From IMG/VR virus record IMGVR_UViG_3300032293_001730, positions 1-64,000 of that record: 64,000 nt of DNA; one strand, written 5' to 3'. The translations under genes were made by a program, and so were the position numbers. This document shows positions 39,138 through 49,882 of the stretch, one piece after another (position 1 is the stretch's first letter; every line of letters starts with the position of its first letter). The notes beneath the pieces were generated by a model. That model was given only the letters and a program-made list of their open reading frames with translations, was not told the origin of the DNA and did no database searches. The stretch is from a virus.

Positions 39138-39173
39138 TTTTTGGCCCGAAAGTACGGAAATGAGGAGACATTC

Positions 39174-39623
39174 ATGGCTGCGGACAGGATTGTGTCGGTT
39201 GTCGAGGCGGCGTCGGTGCGGGGGGTCTCCCGCGAGGCGATTATGAAGGCCATCAAGACGGGTCGCCTCTACGGCCACCTATTGTCCGGAAAGGGTTACT
39301 TACTCTCGGCGAGGCAGGTCGAAGGCAAGACGTTCGACAGGCCGGCGTTCGAGAAGCTCTGCCGTCAGTACATCAGCGTCCCGGAGGCCTGCAACATCGT
39401 CTGGAAAACAGACGCTGCCGTGATGCGAGACCTCAGATCGGGAAAGATCAAGGGACTCAGAGTCAATCCGAAGTGCTGGGCCGTGCTCAAGTCTTCGGCC
39501 GAGGAAGAGTTTCGAGACTACGAGGAGAACGAGAAGCACCGCGTCGGCAGAAAGAGGACTGTCGGCGCCACTCGCTCGCCGCGAGACATCCGAAAAAAGT
39601 CCTTGAAACGGAAAGGCCGCTGA
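39174..39623 (+). CDS. Tandem HTH (excisionase/MerR-like) DNA-binding protein
   Basis: VSVVEAASVRGVSREAIMKAIKTGRL and ISVPEAC..VMRDLRSGKI; GAGGAG RBS. Confidence 0.75.
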   Translation: MAADRIVSVVEAASVRGVSREAIMKAIKTGRLYGHLLSGKGYLLSARQVEGKTFDRPAFEKLCRQYISVPEACNIVWKTDAAVMRDLRSGKIKGLRVNPKCWAVLKSSAEEEFRDYEENEKHRVGRKRTVGATRSPRDIRKKSLKRKGR

Positions 39624-39646
39624 GTACAATCGGCACAGTGTTGCAA

Positions 39647-39856
39647 ATGATTATCCTGACCACCGTCGAGGCGGCCGAAGAACTCGGGACAAGCGCGTCA
39701 AGCATTTCTCGTGCTGCGAGGAAGGCCAACGTGGGAGTCCGACGAGAGGACGGTCGCCTCGTCGGTGTCAGCCGCAACGACATGAAGGCGATCAAGAAGC
39801 TCCTGCGGTACAAGGCCGGCAATCCCAACTTCGTCAAGGTGAAGAGGCATGCATAA
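39647..39856 (+). CDS. Small HTH protein
   Basis: LTTVEAAEELGTSASSISRAAR; TTGAAA-N16-TACAAT upstream (39603-39630). Confidence 0.7.
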   Translation: MIILTTVEAAEELGTSASSISRAARKANVGVRREDGRLVGVSRNDMKAIKKLLRYKAGNPNFVKVKRHA

Positions 39857-40733
39857 AGTCTTCTACAGCGACGACTACTGCCGTGCATCGCACGCGTTCG
39901 ACACGACACGCAAAGCCGCCTGGATCGCCGATTCGCTTCGCAGCCGGCCGATTCCTGGCATTGAAGTTGTCGAGCCACGGCCGGCGATGCTCGTCGAGGT
40001 AGAGCAGGTCCACTCCCGAGACTACGTCGAGGCGATTCGCACGGGCGACCCGGACAGCGTCGCGTCGTCGAGCGGCCTACCGTGGTGCCCGGACACGCTC
40101 ACGGCCGTGCTCGCGAGCACGGGAGGCATGATCGACGCCGTTCGCGAGGCTGCGAAGTCCGGGCTCGCCGGTTCGTTGTCGAGCGGCATGCACCACGCGA
40201 GGCGGGATTACGGCATGGGCTTCTGCACGTTCAACGGCCTTGCCATCGCCGCCCATGAGGCCGAGCTTTTGGGGTTCAATGACATCTTGATCCTCGATCT
40301 TGACGCGCACGGCGGTGGCGGAACCGCTTCTCTTATTTCTGGGAAAGTACGGATAAGCCAACTCGACCTCGTCGTCGACCCGTTCGACCTGGGTGAGGGC
40401 TCGATCGACCTGTCACGGCGGAGCCCGATCGACTACCTGACGGTGCTCGACTCGACGCTCCACGAGTTGTCGCCAGACATCGTGATCTACAACGCCGGCA
40501 TGGACGTCGCCGTGGGCGACTGCGGCCCGCTCGGCTTCGACTCGAACATCATCGCCGCCCGGGAGGCCACGGTTTTTTCGTGGGCTGCCGAGCGTTCGAT
40601 TCCGATCTGCTACGCGATGGCCGGGGGATACACGGGCCCTGACCGATCTCGCGGCCTGCTCGTAGCTCACCACCGCTGCACCATCCGGGCGGCGGAGCAA
40701 ATTTTCTCTCAGCGTCAAGGAGCGACGGTATGA
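39849..40733 (+). CDS. Histone deacetylase-family (Zn-dependent amidohydrolase) protein
   Basis: VHSRDYV, GMHHA, GFCTFNG, LDLDAHGGGGT, YNAGMD, GGY. Confidence 0.88.
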   Translation: MHKVFYSDDYCRASHAFDTTRKAAWIADSLRSRPIPGIEVVEPRPAMLVEVEQVHSRDYVEAIRTGDPDSVASSSGLPWCPDTLTAVLASTGGMIDAVREAAKSGLAGSLSSGMHHARRDYGMGFCTFNGLAIAAHEAELLGFNDILILDLDAHGGGGTASLISGKVRISQLDLVVDPFDLGEGSIDLSRRSPIDYLTVLDSTLHELSPDIVIYNAGMDVAVGDCGPLGFDSNIIAAREATVFSWAAERSIPICYAMAGGYTGPDRSRGLLVAHHRCTIRAAEQIFSQRQGATV

Positions 40734-40954
40734 ACTGTGCGAATTGCGTCTTCTGGAACTCGAACCCCGTCATGCAGCCCCCGGTGCCGGGCATGCCGCC
40801 GCAGATGCCTCTGCCCCAGGGCCTCGGTCAGTGCCGACGCAACGCTCCGTTTCCGCTTCCGATGCCGCCGATGGGCATGCAGCAAATGCCCCCGCTCCAG
40901 TGGCCGGTCACGACGGCCAACGACACCTGCGGCGAGTGCAAGGTGAAGGAATGA
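40730..40954 (+). CDS. Small Cys-rich protein
   Basis: CANC.FW..CRRNAP..WPVT..DTCGE. Confidence 0.6.
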   Translation: MNCANCVFWNSNPVMQPPVPGMPPQMPLPQGLGQCRRNAPFPLPMPPMGMQQMPPLQWPVTTANDTCGECKVKE

Positions 40955-41346
40955 GCAACGTCAACCACCCTGCCCACTACAACTCGCACCCGAGCGGCGT
41001 TGAAGCGATCGAGATCGCCGAGCGGCTGTCGTTCAATCTCGGCAACGCCATCAAGTACCTGATGCGACGGAAGCACAAGGGCCGAGAACTTGAAGACCTG
41101 CAAAAGGCCCTCTGGTACACGAAGCGGGAGCACGAGCGGCTCTCGAAAAACACGAGAGAGGTCTGGGGCCTTCCGCCCGGAGACGTCTACGAGAAGGCAA
41201 TCATGGTCGTCTCCGCCGAGGATTGTCCGGATATGGGCACCGCGATGGGGCTCATTGCGCTCGCGAGTTGGTCCGAGTCGGCAGCGAGGCTCGTGTTCCT
41301 CGCGGCGAGGTTGATCGAGGAAGAGATTCAGGAGCTATCGAAGTGA
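40951..41346 (+). CDS. DUF3310 (SaV-like) protein
   Basis: VNHPAHY..EAIEI..FNLGNAIKY..EDLQKALWY. Confidence 0.85.
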   Translation: MSNVNHPAHYNSHPSGVEAIEIAERLSFNLGNAIKYLMRRKHKGRELEDLQKALWYTKREHERLSKNTREVWGLPPGDVYEKAIMVVSAEDCPDMGTAMGLIALASWSESAARLVFLAARLIEEEIQELSK

Positions 41347-41552
41347 TGCTCCTCACGTTCGCGGCCTTTGCGTCGGCCATTCTTTTGTTGTGTGCCGCCA
41401 AAAACGGCGAGACCTGACTGAAATTTTTAGGCACGGAGGCCACCGATGAACGAAGACTTGAGTCGATTCGTCCCGACGATCATCACGATCTCGATCATTG
41501 CAGTCTCGACGATCTCCTTTTTCGTCGGCCTCATCATCGGGGCGGCCGCCGG

Positions 41553-42287
41553 ATGAAGAACGTCATTCTCAGGGGCGACTGCCTGAAGGTCCTGCCGACT
41601 CTCCCGAGAGAGAGCGTCGACCTCGTCGTCGCGGACCCGCCATACAACATCGGCGTTGACTACGGCAACGGCAAGAAAGCCGATCGCCGCGACGACTACT
41701 GGGGCTGGTGCGAGCGGTGGATCGGCTGGTGCTACCGAGCACTCAAGCCGACGGGATCGCTCTGGATCATCAGCGGCCAGGAGCACGGCGCGGAGATCGA
41801 CATCGCGATCCAGCGTGCTGGGATGACGATGCGGAACCGGATCACTTGGCATGAGACATTCGGCGTCTATTGCCACGGGAAGTTCGGCCGCACGAGCCGG
41901 CCGCTCTTCTACGCGACCAAGTCTCCGAAGGGCTTCACGTTCAATCGCGAGGCCGTCACGATCCCGTCCGCTCGACAGGCGAAGTACGGCGACAGGCGTG
42001 CCGCCCCGGGCGGGAAAATCATGGGCGACGTGTGGCAGATCAATCGCGTCTGCGGCACGTTCAAGGAACGCGTCAAGGGTGTGCCCACGCAGCTTCCCGT
42101 GGAACTCGTGCAGCGAATCATCGGCGTGTCGAGCAATCCCGGCGACATCGTGCTCGACCCGTTTGCAGGCAGCGGAACGTCCCTCGTCGTCGCGAAGGCG
42201 ATGGGGCGTGAGGCGATTGGGATCGAACTGAACCCCGACTATGCCGCCATCGCGAGTCGGCGTTTTGAAGGAGCGAAGACAGCATGA
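41553..42287 (+). CDS. DNA N6-adenine/N4-cytosine methyltransferase (beta class)
   Basis: DPPY precedes VLDPFAGSGT; GIELNPDY. Confidence 0.92.
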   Translation: MKNVILRGDCLKVLPTLPRESVDLVVADPPYNIGVDYGNGKKADRRDDYWGWCERWIGWCYRALKPTGSLWIISGQEHGAEIDIAIQRAGMTMRNRITWHETFGVYCHGKFGRTSRPLFYATKSPKGFTFNREAVTIPSARQAKYGDRRAAPGGKIMGDVWQINRVCGTFKERVKGVPTQLPVELVQRIIGVSSNPGDIVLDPFAGSGTSLVVAKAMGREAIGIELNPDYAAIASRRFEGAKTA

Positions 42288-42601
42288 GCGCGAGAATGTG
42301 GCCGTACCTGATCGAAGCCGTTGAGCAATGGGCATTGGATCGCAGGATTATCCCCAACTCGTCACCGCAGGCTCAGCTAATGAAAACGATGAGCGAACTC
42401 GGAGAACTTGCCGACGCCACGCTCAAGGACGACGACGAAGGAATCGTCGACGGACTCGGTGACGTTCTCGTGACGCTCGTCATCTACGCGAAGCTCCAGG
42501 GAGTCGATCTGGGGGCTTGCCTCGCTTCCGCATACGACGTCATCAAGGATCGTCGCGGAACGCTCACGCCGGAGGGCGTCTTCGTGAAGGAGGAGCCATG
42601 A
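42284..42601 (+). CDS. MazG-like NTP pyrophosphohydrolase
   Basis: QLMKTMSELGELA..DGLGDVLVTL..CL..AY.VIKDRRG..GVFVKE. Confidence 0.85.
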   Translation: MSARMWPYLIEAVEQWALDRRIIPNSSPQAQLMKTMSELGELADATLKDDDEGIVDGLGDVLVTLVIYAKLQGVDLGACLASAYDVIKDRRGTLTPEGVFVKEEP

Positions 42602-42936
42602 GGCCTCTCCTCTACATCGCGGCCCCGTACACTCGGCCCGAGCCGGTCCACAACCTGCACGGCGTCTGCCGTGTGGCGATGGAAATCTACGAGCGGACGG
42701 AGTGGTGCCCGTTTGTGCCGCACCTGTCGCTCGTATGGCAGGCGGTGACGCCACGAGACTACGACCACTGGATCAATTACGACCTGCATGTCATGCGGCA
42801 ATGTCAGGCGGTGGTCCGGCTTCCAGGCGAATCTCCCGGCGCGGACGGCGAGATCGAGGAAGCGAAGAGACTTGGGATCAGAATTGTGTCGCTTGAAGAA
42901 CTGCCGCCCGAGGCCCTGGAGCACTGGCACCTATGA
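42598..42936 (+). CDS. DUF4406 / nucleoside deoxyribosyltransferase-like protein
   Basis: LYIAAPYT..PFVPH..CQAVVRLPGESPGADGE. Confidence 0.7.
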   Translation: MRPLLYIAAPYTRPEPVHNLHGVCRVAMEIYERTEWCPFVPHLSLVWQAVTPRDYDHWINYDLHVMRQCQAVVRLPGESPGADGEIEEAKRLGIRIVSLEELPPEALEHWHL

Positions 42937-43177
42937 AACTTATTTCGGAAGCCGTTGGCACCATCGCGTTCATCGCGACCTTGTATCTCATCTTGGGATT
43001 CATCGTGATGACGGCGTGGAACTGGTCGATGCCGCCGCTTTTTTCGTTGCCTCGTGCGACGTGGCTCAACGGAGTGGGCCTCGCACTTTTGGCGGCGTCT
43101 TTTCGTCCGGCGAATCGCCCTATTGCAAAGCCGCAGCAATAGGTGTATGATTGGGCTCCCCTTCAGGAGAAGCCCAC

Positions 43178-44135
43178 ATGCCCACCAAGATTCTGACCAA
43201 AGCTGACGAGATCGCGACCATCCGCGAGTTCGTCGTCAGCCTGCCCGAAGTGTCCTATCTGCGGTCGGCCCTGGAGCCGTTCGCAGAGGAGTTCGCGAGG
43301 GACATCTACTCGGACCTCGTGCCCCAGGTGCGTGACTCCTGGAACGCCAGGATCGAGGCCGATCGTGAGACGAAGGTCGCACGCGAAGAGCTTCGTGCTG
43401 TCCAGGCGGAGATCAAGAAGGCCCGCCAGGAGGCGGCCATCGAGGCGGCCCGCATCATCCGGCTCCGTGATGCTTTCCAGAGCATCAGGACGTCGGCCGG
43501 TGCTGGCGAACGTGCGATCAACGAGATTGTCGAGTCACTCAAGTAAAGTCTGGAGACGATAACCATGATCGAACTCAAGGAACCGTTTTTCATCTCGTCG
43601 AGGCTTCTGCCTGCCGTGAAGGTCGGTGGAACGACGGTGAGCATCGAGTACGCCGGCACCCGGCTGCCGGACGGTCGCGTTCCATATCGGTACTTCCTCG
43701 ACTTCCCCGACGGGACGGAGCACGTCGGAGAGGACCTGAAGTCGGGAGCGTTCGGAGGGACGCTGCGGCAGGGAATGGAGTCCCTGCTTGCGTTCCTCGA
43801 AGCATGCGGAGAGTCGAGAAATCCACGCTACGGAGACCACGGCGAGAACGCGGACCTGTTCCCCGAGTTGATCGGAGACTGGGCGTATCAAAACAGCGAC
43901 GAGATCACGAGCGTCAGGCTCTGGATCGAGGAGACGGATGGGTGCTGCATTGAAACTCGTTAGGGTCGCTTCAGGTTGGTACGAGACGCGGTGTGGGCGG
44001 TACTCCGTCCTCGTCGCGAACGGAGCCTGGAAGGCCGTCGAGAACGGAACACTTGCAAGCGAAGCCTTTCGCACGAAGCGAGAGGCGGTCGAATCAATTG
44101 CACGGAGGCTGACGGAGGAACGGACAACAGCGTAG
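43178..44135 (+). CDS. Cluster of three small hypothetical genes (43178-43546, 43565-43963, ~43950-44135)
   Basis: RBS, tight packing and codon usage; no recognisable motifs. Confidence 0.6.
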
Positions 44136-44269
44136 GAGGGAAGGCATGGTCACAGCCTTATTAGGTTAACGCTCCGCCGTGAGCGTCAGCGGCTTGTCAA
44201 CACGGCCGCATCGGTCGCCCAGTCGGAAGGTGGCGAGTAACGTCCGACATAGTCCTTTGCATCTCCTGG

Positions 44270-44309
44270 CGGGGCCGGCACTGTGCCCAAGCGGTGCCGG
44301 CCCCGTTTT
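44270..44309 (+). terminator. Rho-independent terminator
   Basis: CGGGGCCGGCAC...GTGCCGGCCCCG followed by TTTT, just upstream of the 44317 promoter. Confidence 0.7.
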
Positions 44310-44367
44310 GCTTCGCTTGCCAATGCTGCGGGGTCGGTGTATACTTGAGCGACCACTGGAGGAAGCG

Positions 44368-44904
44368 ATGAAGACCACCATCCTGACACACGACGCACTC
44401 GGCAACCCGATTCACACTTTCACCGTCACCTTCACCGAGGTATGCGGCGAGGGGCGGTCATGGTCCTGCCGCATTCGAGAAACGGATCGCACGATCGTCG
44501 GGCAGTGGGCCCGTGCCGTGAACTGTCTCGCCAAAGACCCTTCGATCGGGCGGGTACGGTGCGACAGGCTTGGGCCAAGGATTTTTTGGCAACCAGAAGA
44601 AGGGCCGAGGCTTGGGGCTCTGGGCACGATCGTCGTCCACCTTGATTCCGGAGAAACGGTCAAGATCAAAGCCGTGGCGACGTACAGCCGGCCGGCAATC
44701 TCCTGGAAGTACGAATACCTGCTCGATTCGGCGGGTCGCGTCCCGCATGTCGGGGCAAAGAAGTGGATCGGCCGAGTAGACGGAGAAGTCCGGTTCATCG
44801 TTCAGAAGGACGGCGGCACCTGGAAATCGTCCACTGCGGACTGGGTGGACCGCTCGAAGACGAAGGAAGAAGCGTTCTCGAAGTGCGAGGAGAAGCTGAA
44901 GTGA
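44368..44904 (+). CDS. Hypothetical protein
   Basis: GGAGG RBS after the promoter. Confidence 0.6.
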   Translation: MKTTILTHDALGNPIHTFTVTFTEVCGEGRSWSCRIRETDRTIVGQWARAVNCLAKDPSIGRVRCDRLGPRIFWQPEEGPRLGALGTIVVHLDSGETVKIKAVATYSRPAISWKYEYLLDSAGRVPHVGAKKWIGRVDGEVRFIVQKDGGTWKSSTADWVDRSKTKEEAFSKCEEKLK

Positions 44905-45341
44905 AGTACATCTACCACGACGGCGGCCGCGAGGCTGCCGGATACTCGGGCAAGGCCTCGGACTGCGTGTGCCGGTCCATCGCCATCGCGTCGGGCATCG
45001 ACTACCAGGAAATCTACGATCGTCTCGCGGACGGCAACGCCACGCAGCGTGGGGCGTCTCGTGGCCGCACGGCACGCAACGGCATCATCACGCAACGCCA
45101 GTGGTTCAAGGACTACATGGCGTGGCTCGGGTTCGAGTGGACGCCCACGATGAAGGTCGGCCGGGGCTGCACGGTCCACCTCCGGTCCGAGGAGCTTCCC
45201 CTCGGTCGACTCGTGGTGGCGGTGAGCAAGCACTACACGGCGGTGATCGACGGCACGATCTACGACACGCATGACTGCTCCCGTGGTGGGACGCGGTGTG
45301 TGTACGGGTACTGGACCTGGAAGGGAGAGGCTCATGTCTAA
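44901..45341 (+). CDS. Papain-fold (C39-like) peptidase-like protein
   Basis: DCVCRSIAIA...KHYTAVIDG.IYDT, a Cys-His-Asp pattern. Confidence 0.6.
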   Translation: MKYIYHDGGREAAGYSGKASDCVCRSIAIASGIDYQEIYDRLADGNATQRGASRGRTARNGIITQRQWFKDYMAWLGFEWTPTMKVGRGCTVHLRSEELPLGRLVVAVSKHYTAVIDGTIYDTHDCSRGGTRCVYGYWTWKGEAHV

Positions 45342-46459
45342 AGCTGACTACGAAATCGTTCTCGCGTTTCGCGACATCGTGTTCATCGTCGACCTCGACC
45401 GAGGCGGGCGGAGCGTCACGAACGACGCCGAGGCTGTCTGGGCTGAGGTCCAGTCGCAGCGTCCAGGCGTTCGACTCGTCTACCGCGACTCTATGGGGCG
45501 GTGGGACGAGATCATCGGCGGCTCGGAGTTCAAGCCATACCACGGCGACCGTCCGGCGATCGAGGTCTGCGAGTGCTGCGAGCGAGTGTTCAGGAAGTGG
45601 GACCGCTGCACGAACGGCCGGTGCCCGAGGTGCCACGACAGGCATTGCACGAGCGGCGGCGAGACGTGCCCAGGTCACGGCCGGCGTTGGCCTGAGGGCG
45701 TCGTCGGGGACGTCGAGCACGAGAGGAAGATCGAGGGTCTCAGGAAGAAATATGGGGTGACGGCATGATCTACGCGAAGCACAAACGATTCGTTCTCTAC
45801 GGCGGCTATCTCGGGAACAGCAAGCTCACGTTCCGATTCGATCCTCACGACGACAATTCCAGCGTCGAGAAGAAGATCGGGCAACGGTGGGTGCCTGTGT
45901 TCCCTCGCAAGTATCGCTTCTGCGAGGACCTCGCCGATGAGGCTCGCATTTGCGAGGCGAGGGCAAGGCGAATTCCGGAGGACCTGTTCCGGTGTGAGTG
46001 GCGGATGATCAGCGATCGGCTCGACGCTCCAGTCAAGGGCTCCGGCGCCGTCCACTACAAGCCGACGAGGTGTGGGTATTTCTGCGGAACTGACAAGCAC
46101 GTCACCTCCAACGAGCGGACGACGGACGTCCGCAAGGTGACGTGCGATGGCTGCAAGAAAGCTATACGGGAGGCTGTGAGATGAAAAAGATCGCCTGGAT
46201 CACCTGGGGCCTGCCCCAACCGCAAAAGGTCGAGGTGGTCGGTCCTCTGAGGCCCGGCAACACGATCGTGAAGTTCAAGGGCGTGTCGCCGTCCGTACCG
46301 GACGAACACATCCACGAGACGGAAGCGGCCGCGTGGTCGAGACTCATCAGAGACGCAGAGAGAAACTTGGATCACGCAGTCGCGAGGCTGGAGTGGCTCC
46401 GCCAGGAGCGAGAAAACTGTTTGACCAATACACCGACAGCGGAGACAATGAACCCATGA
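45334..46459 (+). CDS. Three small hypothetical genes (45334-45768, 45765-46184, 46181-46459)
   Basis: Overlapping start/stop codons; Cys-rich C-termini in the first two. Confidence 0.55.
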
Positions 46460-46728
46460 TGAAGAAACCCAAATACGTTCTGGAGCCGAGCAGCGAGCGT
46501 CGCGTCGCGGCCCGCGAGGCCGCCCGTATCCTCGACTGTTCGATGGGGCACTTGCGAGCACTGGCCCGCAAAGAGGTCCTCAAGTCCTGGAAGATCGGCC
46601 CGAGCACGGTGCTGTACAGCCTCGACGAGATCGTGGCCTACGGCACTGAAAAGGCCAAGGGCCGGAAGGCCGGCAAGGTTCGCGGCGCTCGGCCCCAGGG
46701 ATTCTCGCCAGACCTATCCGGCGAATAA
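46456..46728 (+). CDS. HTH (excisionase-like) protein
   Basis: AREAARILDCSMGHLRALARKEVLKSWKIG. Confidence 0.7.
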   Translation: MMKKPKYVLEPSSERRVAAREAARILDCSMGHLRALARKEVLKSWKIGPSTVLYSLDEIVAYGTEKAKGRKAGKVRGARPQGFSPDLSGE

Positions 46729-46815
46729 AACTCCCGTCTTTCTCGGCCATTTGCGGCCCACTTGCAATGCACCGAGACCGGTGGTATGATGCTGGGGTCA
46801 CGAGGAGACATCGAC

Positions 46816-49812
46816 ATGAAAACGGTTCGTCCAATCTCGTTCTTCCCGCCGTCGTCCGGCAAGGGCAAGTGGCACGCGGCCGCTGCGTGCAGCACCCTCT
46901 CGGCGTGCGGCTCGGGGGCGACGGTCAACTCGCTCGGGTTTCAGCGGATTCAGGTCGAGGGCGGAGTCGATGCGAAGTGGGTTCATCCGATTTGTTGCCG
47001 TCGGTGTCTCAAGCAAGCCTGCGGGGAGTAACACGATGCCCTACAAATTCCTTCGAGTCACGAGCAACGACGGCCGGTGCGAGAAGTGCGGCACGGCCTG
47101 CCCGAAGCGTCGGGTCGAGGTGCTGCCCGTCGACGCCGATGGCAACGCCTGCGGAGAGGTGCAACTCTGGGGCGTGAACTGCGCCGCCTTCGCCCGCTAC
47201 GGCAGCAAGTCGCAGCGGCACCAGCAGGCCGTCGTCAACGAGGCCGTTACCGCCGAGGCTGGTCGCGCCTACTGGGAGAAGGCCCGCCTGGGGCGTGTCG
47301 CCGTCGCCGGTCAATCCTACGACTTCGGCGGGCCGGCGACTGTCGTAGTCTGCGGCAGCGGCGAGAACTCCTGCCCAGAGGGGCTTGCCAACCGCCTGTA
47401 CCACCGCACCGGCCGAAACCTGATCGGCAGCTACTTCGCTCGCGGCCCCCAGGGCGAGGTTGTGCGTGTCGACGGCAGCGACGCGGCCGACGTGCAGTTC
47501 TTCGCGGATCGTGGGTATGTTCAGTGCTCGAACCCCGTGGAGGCTGCGACATGAACAAGCCCCAAAGGCTGTACGAGGTCACCACACCGGCTGGCAAAGT
47601 GCTGCCGCTCCGGCGAGGCCTCCAGTTCCGCCACAAGCGAATCATCGACGCCCAGTGCGTCGTCACCCGGGTGTGTCGCGGCATGGTGTACTACAAGGTC
47701 CTCCCCAATAGCTCCAGCGACTGCTTCCCCGTCGACCAGTTCGACCGATGGGCCGAAATCCCCGTGGAATAGCCCCCCTTGCAATGCACCGACGTCGGTG
47801 CTATACTTGGGGCACCCCAGGAGAAATACCATGACCGACCTCAGCATCCTCTCGCCCTCCGAAGTCGACACGATCTACCTGAAGCGGCTTGCCTCCTACG
47901 ACCGTGCTGCGAACGCCCTCGGCTATGCGACCGACCGCGTCCTCCGCGAGTCGGGCGATCAAGTCGGCGTCCAGACCGGCCGCCGCGCATGGTCCTGGCA
48001 CATCGTCCGCAAGGGCACGACCCTGCCGAGCTACCCGGTCTACGCCGACGTCCAGCCGCACCTCCTGACGGTCCAAGAGTGCGTCGACGGCCGTCTGGCG
48101 TCGGCTGAAAGCCTGGACGCCCTGGCCCAGGCCACGACCGTCTGCCGCGAGGCCCAGTCGGCCTGCCGCGAGGTCGAGGTCGAGTACGCTCGCCGACCCT
48201 GGAGTCGCTACTGGCTCGTCACGTCGAGCGACGGGCACATCCACCGCTCGTGCCATTGCTCGACGTGCAATAAGGGCCTCCGCCGCACGGGGTTCGCTCT
48301 GACGCCGTTCCTGAGCGGCAAGTCTGACGCCGATGCCGTTGCCGACCTGGGCCCGGCGCTGTGCAGCGTCTGCTTCCCGGACGCCCCGGTCGAGTCGAGG
48401 GAGCAGTCCCGCATCCCGGCCCGGCTCGCCCTGGCCCTCGCCGAGGAGGGCGTCGAGGCCTTCCAGAAGGCTCGCCAGGAGGCATCGGCCAAGCGGGCCG
48501 CTCGGTGCCCCGGCTCGGGCCAGCAAGGCATCCTGGACGGCCACCGGGCCTTCCACAAGTGCCCGGTCTGCGGCGAGTCTCAGCGGGCCACCGCAGGCGG
48601 CAAGTTTCGGCCCCACAAGCCGGCCCAGTTCTACATCGAGAACAACGACTACAAGGCCTGGAACGGCTCTGCCTGGGGCCCCCGCACGAAGGCCGCGATC
48701 TACGGGTCTTTCGACGAGGCCGAGGCGGTGGCGGCTCAGGTCAACGGCAAAGCGAGGAGGAAGTGATGGAACTCGAAGAACCGCTCGATCCGAAGGAAGC
48801 CGCAGCCGCCATCCGGGGCATCGTGACGAACTGGAGGGCCTGCACTCAGGCCGCCGGGCTCGCCAAGAAGGCCGGGAGGGGCCGGGACGCCGTCGAGCCC
48901 CTGGCTGCCTCCCTGGCCGCGATCATCGAGGCTGCGGCGTGGCTGTCCCAGGGCGACGGCGAGGACCGGCTCGCCCTGGCCCGGGCGGTGGCCGAGGGGC
49001 TTGTGTCATAGGCCGAAAACGACCCCCTTGCAATGCACCGAGGCCGGTGCTATACTTGAGGCAGACGGGACGAGAAACCACTAACCAGGAGACGACCAGT
49101 GAGCACTTTCATCCGACAAGCGTTCGAGACCTACAAGCGACTCTTCGAGGCCCGTCAGGCCGCCGTCGCCGCCGGCCATTACATCCTCCAGGGACCGTCC
49201 CTTGTCGGCTACCTGGGCGACGGCGTCACTGAGGCTGTGCCGACGTGCAGAGACCTCCAGAAACGGTACTTCGAGGCCCAGGCCTCGCTTCTCGAAGGCC
49301 TCGATGCCGTGATCAAGTCGAAGACCGGATTCGCCGGCTCATTCGCTGCCCTGGTCGACGCCCAGCGGCTGCACGGGTACGTTCCGACGATCCGCCCCGA
49401 TGGCGACGACGAACTTGCCGTTCTGGCCGATGCCTACGACTTCGCCGTCGAGAGACAGGCCCTGCCGAGCGAGTGCTACCGGGGCGTCCAGGCCCAGGCT
49501 GCCAAGCCCCGCACGGTCCACCTCCTCGACGACCTGGGGGTCTACAAGGCGACCCTGAAGCGGAACTTCGCCGACAACGACCGGGGCGCCGAGTTCGACC
49601 GCGACCGGGAACTGCTCGCCCGCAGGACGCAGCGGTACACGCTCGAAGAGGCCGAGGTGCTGCTCGGGTGGTGCTCCACGTCGCACGACGACTGCGTCGA
49701 CGAGAACCCAGAGGACTACAGCCCGATCGAGGTCTACACCGCCCGGCAGAAGCTCCTCCGGCGGGACGACGCCGTGGCTCGCCTGGAGGCCTTGAAGGCG
49801 GCCGTGCCATAG
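46816..49812 (+). CDS. Cassette genes 46816-47031, 47036-47554, 47551-47772, 47831-48766, 48766-49011, 49099-49812 (hypothetical, several Zn-binding)
   Basis: Each follows a repeat promoter and AGGAG RBS or is translationally coupled; CxxC and HxHxxxxC motifs. Confidence 0.65.
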
Positions 49813-49882
49813 CCCCTTGCAATGCACCGAGGCCGGTGCTATACTGCCCCCAGTCGATCACCACCAGCCAGGAGCCAAACCG

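Noticed and set aside
44146-44260. Tiny ORFs or an sRNA in the 44135-44310 gap
   Set aside because: Only 7-17 codon ORFs with no independent support; only the terminator and promoter were kept.
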